From the IMG/VR virus record IMGVR_UViG_3300017774_006867, positions 1-33,689 of that record: 33,689 bases of DNA; one strand, 5' to 3'. The notes below the pieces were generated by a model, which saw only the letters and a list, made by a program, of their open reading frames with translations, did no database searches and was not told where the DNA came from. The position numbers were made by a program, and so were the translations under genes. The DNA comes from a virus. Taxonomy: Duplodnaviria > Caudoviricetes. Below, one piece after another: positions 19,864-27,138 of this stretch (position 1 is its first letter; each line of letters opens with the position of its first letter).

Positions 19864-22026
19864 GTGAGCATTGTAGAGATAAACTCTGCCAACTTTGAGA
19901 CAAGCACGCTTGTTTTACGGCCGAGTGTCATTATTCTTTCCTCGTCGAGCGGAATTACAGGTTCTGCGCCTATTGTCGCTCGACCGAGCCCTATTGTCAA
20001 GGAAGTGTCTGGTTCAAACGACCTTCTAGATCCTGCGGCTGCGGGTGTAACTGCATACCTGAGTGCTGTAGCAGCTGCTCCAACACCTAGAAAGAATTCT
20101 GAGTCTCTGTCTTTCACAAGGATAGACCAGCCCGTAAGATACACTGCAAACTTCACAGCAAAGAGAATAATAACAGAAGTTCTATCAGACCTCTACAGGC
20201 CTATCAGGCAGAATCTTGACTTTGGATATTCGAACTACCTGTCTCTGTCCTTTAGAAAGAGTTCAAATCTTCCAACAAGCAGCGTACTAATATACCCAAA
20301 TACAGGAAATACTTCTAATCGACAGTACACGCCTACTGGGAGCTTTACTATTGACTTCTTTGTAAAGCCGCCTGACAACATTGGAAGAGAGGAAAATTAC
20401 AGCGCTGGGACTATTCTGCACATTTCTTCAACTCTGGCAATTTCTCTCGTCACTGGTTCGAGCTACGGAACTGACGGGAATGTTTCCAAGTTTGGAATAT
20501 GCTTGCAGCTGTCAAGAAGCGCAGACGTTGCACCGAATCTTATCAACCTCAGCGTCGCTAATGGTTCTAGGTCTCATCCGCAAGATCTCATCTTCGTTTC
20601 TCCTTTCACGCTTGAAACAAAGAAGTGGACTAGAGTCACCGTTAGATGGGATCCTGTGTCTGACCAGAGATCAGGAAGTATCGGATATGATCTCAGAGAA
20701 GTGACGGGATTCCAGGTTAATTCAGCTTCTTTGGCCACAAATGCTCTGTCTGAGGCACTTTTTGTAGGAAACTTCTACGATGGTGTTCCTGGACCTGGCG
20801 CTTTTTTCAATCCGTCAGTTGCAGCAAACGAAGGCCTGACTCCTAATCTTTCTTACTCTTCAGATCCTTCGAGATTCTCGTTTAGATTTCCTTTCTACGG
20901 AGAGATCCACGATCTAAAGATATTCAAGCAGATCTTACCCTACAGGTCCTTGTTTGACTACAACGCTAAGGGCGACTTAACAGGTTCGGGTTGCTGCTTT
21001 TATCTCCCGCCTTTCTTTTCTTCTTACACTAGAAGTAGAAATACTCTAATATCTCCGTTTGATGAAGCTTCGTCAGACACAGATTCACCATTTAACGTTG
21101 CACTTTCTTACGATTACAACGGCTACTACATCAATCTTGAGAACCACGTACAGGAATTTGTCAACAGAGAGTTTCCTCGTCTCTACTCTTTAACAGGATC
21201 AGTCTATTCTGGTTTTGCGCTGGGTCAGACTGCAGATTCAATTCTCTACAGAAATCCAGAAGTTGCCAAGCGCAACCTGTTGATATCCAACTGTGACCAG
21301 AGCGGGTTTGTTAGAAACTACGGATTCATGCGAGAGAGTGACCAGGCAAGGTCCTACAACGATCGGGGCCTATTCCAAGACGGGTTTGTGTCCCTCCAGT
21401 CTCTGGTTACGGCAAGCTATAGAGACTCAATCCTGACAGGGTCTGCTAGAGTCGGTAGATACACAATAGCAGATAGATTTGCAGACGGATCTTCGAACCA
21501 GGTCACCATCTTCTCAATTAGCAACATGCTGTACGGAGACAGGATAAGACCAGGAACAGTTGTTCTAACTGATTTAAAGCCTACAGGATCAGACGGAACT
21601 TTTTCCAGCGTCCTAAGAGACAACCTAGCTGGAATGCTCTTCAGGTCAGACGTTGATGCTCCGGACCTTTCGAACTGTGTTGGAAACGTCTTCTACGAAG
21701 AAGGGCTTGTTTTTATCAAATCTCCTTACCTTTCAAAGTTTGGGAAAGACGGCGTCAAGATTCAGCTCGAAGGAGAGAGACAGTCAAATGTCTTGGTGAT
21801 AAACGTTCCTTGCAAGGCCGAGGAGTTCAATGTATCTCCAAATCCGACGTACATTTCTTGTGCACCTACAGACGCTCCGTATGACGAAGGTGAATCTTTT
21901 GTGTATATTACAACCATGAACTTACACGATTCTAACTTCAACATAGTAGGAAGGGCCACCTACTCACAGCCCGTCATCAAGCGCTCAGGTCAGGACCTTC
22001 TCTTTAGAGTAAAGCATGACATCTGA
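19864..22026 (+). CDS. Tail/baseplate protein with a LamG-like domain; C-terminus paralogous to 18546..19853
   Basis: GTG start after AGGAG. LamG motifs SFTIDFFVKP...WTRVTVRW...LFVGN...FYGEIHDLKIF. C-terminal GNVFYEEG...EFNVSPNPTY...YITTMNLHD...SQPVIK...FRVKHDI. Confidence 0.65.
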   Translation: MSIVEINSANFETSTLVLRPSVIILSSSSGITGSAPIVARPSPIVKEVSGSNDLLDPAAAGVTAYLSAVAAAPTPRKNSESLSFTRIDQPVRYTANFTAKRIITEVLSDLYRPIRQNLDFGYSNYLSLSFRKSSNLPTSSVLIYPNTGNTSNRQYTPTGSFTIDFFVKPPDNIGREENYSAGTILHISSTLAISLVTGSSYGTDGNVSKFGICLQLSRSADVAPNLINLSVANGSRSHPQDLIFVSPFTLETKKWTRVTVRWDPVSDQRSGSIGYDLREVTGFQVNSASLATNALSEALFVGNFYDGVPGPGAFFNPSVAANEGLTPNLSYSSDPSRFSFRFPFYGEIHDLKIFKQILPYRSLFDYNAKGDLTGSGCCFYLPPFFSSYTRSRNTLISPFDEASSDTDSPFNVALSYDYNGYYINLENHVQEFVNREFPRLYSLTGSVYSGFALGQTADSILYRNPEVAKRNLLISNCDQSGFVRNYGFMRESDQARSYNDRGLFQDGFVSLQSLVTASYRDSILTGSARVGRYTIADRFADGSSNQVTIFSISNMLYGDRIRPGTVVLTDLKPTGSDGTFSSVLRDNLAGMLFRSDVDAPDLSNCVGNVFYEEGLVFIKSPYLSKFGKDGVKIQLEGERQSNVLVINVPCKAEEFNVSPNPTYISCAPTDAPYDEGESFVYITTMNLHDSNFNIVGRATYSQPVIKRSGQDLLFRVKHDI

Positions 22027-22537
22027 CCTTGTCTTGGGTCTGGATGTCTCTACTTCTTGCGTTGGAATTTGTGTAATGGACCAAGCAGGGAGCGTTGTTT
22101 GTCTCGACAATGTTGATCTTTCTAAGATCAAGTCTTTCAATGAAAAGTGTGACGCTGTTCAGAAAAGTCTCTCTCGGTTTTCTGGAAAGATAAAGCAGTT
22201 CTACATTGAAGAGTGCGCGAAGGCATTTAGACCTGGCCTCTCTTCGGCTAACACGTTAACGACTCTCTCGAGGTTCAACGGAGCAGTTTCTTGCATCTGC
22301 CACATTCTTTTTGGCGGCGACGAGAACTTAGTCAATCCTATTGTCGCAAGAAGGTCAGCCGGAATCTTAATCAACTACAAGGATAAGTCCACTACCACCA
22401 AGGATAAGATCTATGAAGCTGTATCTTCTAGAGTTGAATTTGACTGGCCTAGGACAAAGACAGGAAAGGTCAAACCTCAGTGCTATGACATGGCTGATGC
22501 ATACGTTGTTGCTTCTTTTGGCTTGAAAAACCAGTAA
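22016..22537 (+). CDS. ruvC: RuvC-like Holliday junction resolvase
   Basis: VLGLDVSTSCVGICV (catalytic Asp on strand 1), FYIEE (Glu) and DMADAYVVA (DxxD). The 173-aa length is typical. Confidence 0.8.
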   Translation: MTSDLVLGLDVSTSCVGICVMDQAGSVVCLDNVDLSKIKSFNEKCDAVQKSLSRFSGKIKQFYIEECAKAFRPGLSSANTLTTLSRFNGAVSCICHILFGGDENLVNPIVARRSAGILINYKDKSTTTKDKIYEAVSSRVEFDWPRTKTGKVKPQCYDMADAYVVASFGLKNQ

Positions 22538-22551
22538 AGAAGATCCACAAT
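22523..22551 (+). promoter_or_regulatory. Candidate sigma70-type promoter upstream of the primase
   Basis: TTGAAA (22523-22528), 17 nt, CACAAT (22546-22551), then 7 nt to the GTG. TATACT also occurs at 22553-22558. Confidence 0.3.
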
Positions 22552-22558
22552 TTATACT

Positions 22559-23521
22559 GTGGTTACACTAACTCAAAGAGTCGAAGCACTAAGAAAGGTC
22601 TTTCGGATAGCAAGAGTTTCCCGAGACGGATCCGACCTTGCTGTTCCATGCCCTGCGTGCAAAGAATCCAACAAGACGAAGCTCTCTGTCAACATTGAGA
22701 CGCTGCAGTTTCACTGCTGGGTCTGTGGAGTCAAGGGTTCAAAAATCACCAGGCTTGTCAGAGAGCACATCGGAGAAGATGAAGCTAGCTGGCTTTCTCA
22801 CGCTCTCGGAGAAGAGAACGACAAGTTCATCCAGATTGAAGAAGAGCAGGAAATTCTTCCCGACCTTCCTGAGAAGTCTACTCCGATAGTCATCTGTGAC
22901 TCAAGAGATCCAAACTTTAGAGCTGTCAAAAGGTACTGCGAACGCAGAGGACTAACAGAGAAAGATCTTTGGAAGTACAGGATCTGCTGGTCGCCAGAAG
23001 ACAAGTTCCAAAGAAGGGTCATCTTCGCCTCGGTGGACCTTGTAGGAGATCTAAATTACTGGGTATCTAGATCGATAGATCCTGACACAAAGGTGCGGTA
23101 CATTAACTGCCCAGTCCCAAAAGACAAGATCATCTTTAATGAGATTGATGTTGACTTTTCGAAACCTGTTTGCATCTTTGAAGGCCCGTTTGATCTAATA
23201 AAGACAAAAGTAAACGGAACATGTTTGCTTGGATCTTCTGTCTCTCGTACTTCTCGGCTTCTTTCGAGGCTTGTTGCATCTGAATCTGATGTTGTTCTTT
23301 GCCTCGACAGAGACGTTCAAGATAAGGAGAGTAGAATAGCTGATAGACTCTCTGAGTGGGGGCTCTCAGTTAAGATTGCTAAGCCTCCTGCAAAATATAA
23401 GGACTTTGGAGAGACTCCTCGGGAGGAAGCTTTGAAATGCATCGATAAAGCAAAACCGTGGAGCTACAACGCAAGCTTCACACACAAACTGTCTAAGATT
23501 TCAAGTGGATCGCTTCTATGA
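22559..23521 (+). CDS. dnaG: DNA primase (Zn-binding domain plus TOPRIM; DnaG / T4 gp61-like)
   Basis: CPAC...FHCWVCG zinc ribbon, YCERRGL, RVIF, RYIN, and TOPRIM motifs IFEGPFD and LCLDRD, followed by KDFGE. Confidence 0.85.
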   Translation: MVTLTQRVEALRKVFRIARVSRDGSDLAVPCPACKESNKTKLSVNIETLQFHCWVCGVKGSKITRLVREHIGEDEASWLSHALGEENDKFIQIEEEQEILPDLPEKSTPIVICDSRDPNFRAVKRYCERRGLTEKDLWKYRICWSPEDKFQRRVIFASVDLVGDLNYWVSRSIDPDTKVRYINCPVPKDKIIFNEIDVDFSKPVCIFEGPFDLIKTKVNGTCLLGSSVSRTSRLLSRLVASESDVVLCLDRDVQDKESRIADRLSEWGLSVKIAKPPAKYKDFGETPREEALKCIDKAKPWSYNASFTHKLSKISSGSLL

Positions 23522-26500
23522 AAATTGCACACATTGCAGACGTCCACATTCGTGGATTCCAGAGACATGAAGAGTACAGAAAGAGCTTCGAAGATCTTTT
23601 CGCGTCTCTGTCTATCGAGCAACCAGACGTAATCTTGGTTGTTGGTGACATCGTTCATTCCAAGACTCACAACATCACACCCGAACTGATAGAGATCACA
23701 ACCTGGTTCTTTAAGAGCCTTGCTGATGTTGCACCAGTTCACATGGTTCTTGGAAATCACGACGGCCTCATTCACAACAAAGATAGGCAAGATGCGATCA
23801 CACCCATCGTCACTGCTATCAACTCAGAAAAGATCAAGCTCTGGAAGAAGAGCGGAGAGATCTTTGCAGACTGTAGCGAGCGCATCTCCATTCACAGCTT
23901 TTCCTGCTTCGACGAAGAGTCTTGGAGCAGCATCGCCCCGAGAGACGGTCATACAAATATCGCTCTGTTCCACGGATCTGTCAATAAGTGCCTAAGTGAT
24001 CAGAACGTAGAGATGACAGGCGTCTCGATGTCTATGTTCGAAGGCTTTGACTTTGGAATCTTTGGAGACATACACAAGAGGCAGTCTCTTGACGGCGAAG
24101 GTCGTTTTAAGTACTGTGGGTCTCTAATCCAGCAGAACTTCGGAGAAGAGACAGACAAGGGTTATCTTGTCTGGAACATAAAGGATCGAAGTGACTGGAG
24201 CTGCAACTTCGTCAAAGTTAAAAATGATCATCCATTTATCACTATAGACGCAAATACTACTCCTGAGGACATCGAGTCAATACCTCTGTCAGCCAAAGTA
24301 AGAATCATTGCGAAGGACAAGAACGATCCAGATGTCTTGTCAATTGTTCGGCATCTCAAGAAAGACAAGAAAATCTCTGATGTCATCGTCAGAGAGACCG
24401 AATCTCAGCTAAGAACGTTGCAGGACACAGTTCTGTCCACCGGAGATGTAAGCTACCTGGATTACTTCAGCGAGTACGTTGCTAAGAACGTGGACGATCC
24501 TGCGATGAGAGAGAAGATCGTCCAAGAATTTAGCAAGTATCTTGAGCAAACAGACTACTCTGAGTCGAGAAGCGTAGACCACTGGAGCTTAAAGTCTTTA
24601 AAGTTCAATAATCTCTTTAGCTACGGAGAGAGCAATTCTATAGACTTTGACAAGCTTAGTGGAATTACTGGAATCTTTGCAAAGAACCGCGCAGGAAAGT
24701 CTTCTATTGTTGGCTCTCTCTGCTACGCTCTCTTCAACGAGGTCGACAGATCTCTGCCCCGTTCTCACTTTATAATAAACTCAGATAGCGATTCCTGCGA
24801 CGCTGAGGTTATCTTCTCTGCAAGGAGCAACGACTATCTGGTCAAGAGATCGACTACAAGAGTTAAGACAAAGAAGGGCGAGTCTTCAACGACAAACGTT
24901 TCTCTAGGAAGATTCACAGAGTCAGGATCTGTCATGATGGACGATGAACAGAGAAGAGAGACAGACAAGATCGTAAGAGGCATCATTGGATCTCCTTCTG
25001 ATTTTTTTGAATCTGCAGTAGCTTCTCAAGGCCAGCTTCTAAATTTTCTTGATCACAAATCGACGAGTAGAAAGCAGATTCTTACAAAATTTCTAGGTCT
25101 TGATGCATATGAAAGGGTCTACGAACTAGCGCGCGCAGACTTATCTCCGATTAGACATCTACTAAAGGGTGATACAAAGATATCAGATCTTAGATCTGAG
25201 ATAGATGAGACGCAGATCAGGATCTTGTCTTTGCTGCAAGAATCAAATGGAGCTGAATCTAGAGAAGCCGAGCTTCAAAAGCTGCTTAATCAGATTAGCG
25301 GAGAATCGCTCCAGAACGCTCTAAAAATTCAAAAATCAGAGATTTCCAAGAATCAGAGAGATGAGCTCCAAAAAGAGTATCAGTCTCTCTGTCAGTCTAC
25401 TGAGTCTCTTCGTGAGCAGATAGCGGATTTTTCTTCAAAAATTGAAAAACTTGACAGCATTGCAGACAGCTCAGCAGCTAAAAGCGCTCAGCTTGAAATT
25501 GAGTCTTTCTCTCAAAGAGAAAACGATATCAAGCTGAGCGAGAGAGACTTAAATCACAGGCAGCAGATTCATGAAAGTCTTCTGTCTTCGTGCAGGATTC
25601 TCGATGAAGTTCCCTGCGGAGACCAGTTCTCTAGCTGTCAGTTTAAAAGAGATGCACTAGATGCCAGAGAGAAGTTTCAAGAGGCTGAGAGCACTTTGAG
25701 TGCACTGGTTAGCACCATTGAATCTGCAAGAAAAGAGATCGACTCATCAAAGATAGCAGCTCTTAAGGATGCTGTTGAAAAAGCTGCCAAAGCTGCTGAT
25801 CTAAGAAAGAAAATCATTCTACAGCGGACACTTGCAGAGGAAAAGATCGACCAGAACACATCTCAGGGAGTCAAGCTCAGGAGCAAGATTTCTCTTCTAG
25901 AGAAAGACATCATACAGGGTAGCATTGACACGGCAGTTCTCGACAGCAAGAAAAACATAGACATCGAACTTGGCGGACTTACAGAAAGAAGAAATCAGAT
26001 AGTTCGAGACATGAGCAAGGCCGAGGGCTCTGTCGAGAGAATGAAGATTGAGCTTGCAGATCTTGAGAAAGACTACAATCGAGCCAAGCTTTTGTCTTCT
26101 CTAATTGATAATACTTCTAAGCATGGAGTCCAGGCACAGATGGTCAAGGACTATCTTCCAAAGATAAATGGATACATCTCTGATCTTATTTCTCCATTTT
26201 TTGACTTCTCTGTTGAACTTTCTCTAGATCCTGCTACGGGAGACCTAGACATCTTCTTTACTGATGCAATATCTCGACGACAGATCGAATCTTGCTCTGG
26301 AATGGAAAAAATGATCTCTGCAATAGCAATTAGGGCAGCTCTTTCTAGAGTTTCAAGACTTCCGAAGCCTAGTATCTTTGTTATAGACGAGGGTTTCGGC
26401 GCGCTTGATGAAAATAACCTTGACATGTGCACTAGACTTCTTTCTTCTCTGAAGATGCACTTCAAAAATATCATCATTATATCTCACATAGACGAGATCA

Positions 26501-26565
26501 AAGACAGCGTGGACCACATGATAGAGATCACACACGAAAGAGGTAGATCAAATGTCAGAGCATAA
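23518..26565 (+). CDS. Fused Mre11/SbcD nuclease and Rad50/SbcC ATPase (T4 gp47+gp46-like) in one polypeptide
   Basis: Phosphoesterase motifs IADVH, VGDIVH, GNHD, FHG, GDIH. Then WSLKSLKFNNLFSYG, Walker A AKNRAGKS, Q-loop SQG, coiled coil, signature CSGMEK, Walker B/D-loop VIDEGFGALD and H-loop IISH. No internal stop. Confidence 0.92.
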   Translation: MKIAHIADVHIRGFQRHEEYRKSFEDLFASLSIEQPDVILVVGDIVHSKTHNITPELIEITTWFFKSLADVAPVHMVLGNHDGLIHNKDRQDAITPIVTAINSEKIKLWKKSGEIFADCSERISIHSFSCFDEESWSSIAPRDGHTNIALFHGSVNKCLSDQNVEMTGVSMSMFEGFDFGIFGDIHKRQSLDGEGRFKYCGSLIQQNFGEETDKGYLVWNIKDRSDWSCNFVKVKNDHPFITIDANTTPEDIESIPLSAKVRIIAKDKNDPDVLSIVRHLKKDKKISDVIVRETESQLRTLQDTVLSTGDVSYLDYFSEYVAKNVDDPAMREKIVQEFSKYLEQTDYSESRSVDHWSLKSLKFNNLFSYGESNSIDFDKLSGITGIFAKNRAGKSSIVGSLCYALFNEVDRSLPRSHFIINSDSDSCDAEVIFSARSNDYLVKRSTTRVKTKKGESSTTNVSLGRFTESGSVMMDDEQRRETDKIVRGIIGSPSDFFESAVASQGQLLNFLDHKSTSRKQILTKFLGLDAYERVYELARADLSPIRHLLKGDTKISDLRSEIDETQIRILSLLQESNGAESREAELQKLLNQISGESLQNALKIQKSEISKNQRDELQKEYQSLCQSTESLREQIADFSSKIEKLDSIADSSAAKSAQLEIESFSQRENDIKLSERDLNHRQQIHESLLSSCRILDEVPCGDQFSSCQFKRDALDAREKFQEAESTLSALVSTIESARKEIDSSKIAALKDAVEKAAKAADLRKKIILQRTLAEEKIDQNTSQGVKLRSKISLLEKDIIQGSIDTAVLDSKKNIDIELGGLTERRNQIVRDMSKAEGSVERMKIELADLEKDYNRAKLLSSLIDNTSKHGVQAQMVKDYLPKINGYISDLISPFFDFSVELSLDPATGDLDIFFTDAISRRQIESCSGMEKMISAIAIRAALSRVSRLPKPSIFVIDEGFGALDENNLDMCTRLLSSLKMHFKNIIIISHIDEIKDSVDHMIEITHERGRSNVRA

Positions 26566-26761
26566 CTCAGAAGATGTGCCGCTTTTTTGCCCTGTTTGTG
26601 ACTATGCAATGAACGTTGAAAAAGATTTGGACCATTTTGTCTTAAGTGGCGCATGTTTTGAGTGCACCATTGACTATTTCGAGAAAAATAGAGACATGTG
26701 GAAAGCAGGTTGGCGTCCAGACCTAAAAGCTTCTGCAAAACAGAATACTTATTGTTCATGA
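26552..26761 (+). CDS. Small four-cysteine (putative zinc-binding) protein
   Basis: CPVC...CFEC and a WKAGWRP motif. GAGGT upstream; overlaps both neighbours. Confidence 0.7.
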   Translation: MSEHNSEDVPLFCPVCDYAMNVEKDLDHFVLSGACFECTIDYFEKNRDMWKAGWRPDLKASAKQNTYCS

Positions 26762-27138
26762 AAGCGTCCACTATTCAAACACTAGGCCAGCTCACAGACA
26801 CTTCATTTGGTTATAGCTCAACCTCTGGGAATGCAAGCGAGTCAATAAAGGTGGCGCTTCAGGGCGAAACCATGACAGTTCGCTTTGCTACCATAGTTCA
26901 CATGGTCTCAGATAGGCCAACCCAGGATCAGATGGGAAACTATGAAAATGAAGCAACTCAGAAGATTAAGTCGTATGTGACAAAGCTTAAGAAGGATTTT
27001 GAGAAAGCAGCAGGATATAAGCTCAAGACAAAGCAGATTAACTTTGACACGTCTATCGAGCTAATGACCATGTCCGCTTATTCTCCTCGGAAGATTGCAT
27101 GCTATAGAGCATCGGCAGTCTTCTCAGTTGAAGAATGA
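26758..27138 (+). CDS. Hypothetical protein immediately upstream of the large terminase (start revised from 26698)
   Basis: ATG 26758 forms an ATGA overlap with the previous stop, and its own stop overlaps the terL ATG. 126 aa, MKASTIQTLGQLTDTSFG... Confidence 0.65.
   Translation: MKASTIQTLGQLTDTSFGYSSTSGNASESIKVALQGETMTVRFATIVHMVSDRPTQDQMGNYENEATQKIKSYVTKLKKDFEKAAGYKLKTKQINFDTSIELMTMSAYSPRKIACYRASAVFSVEE

Noticed and set aside
1-22026. Baseplate block as a bacterial contractile injection system or tailocin
   Set aside because: It is contiguous with terminase, portal and prohead protease genes, indicating a DNA-packaging phage.
22016-22537. RuvC as a TnpB/Cas12-like RNA-guided nuclease
   Set aside because: Only 173 aa with a compact, unsplit RuvC, no zinc ribbon, and no adjacent non-coding space for a guide RNA or array.
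23518-26565. Giant eukaryotic virus origin suggested by the Mre11-Rad50 fusion
   Set aside because: Overlapping operon structure, SD motifs and T4-like portal, protease and terminase point to a prokaryotic tailed virus.
26698-26757. Longer N-terminus for the pre-terminase ORF
   Set aside because: It would overlap the four-Cys gene by 64 nt; ATG 26758 gives a standard ATGA overlap.
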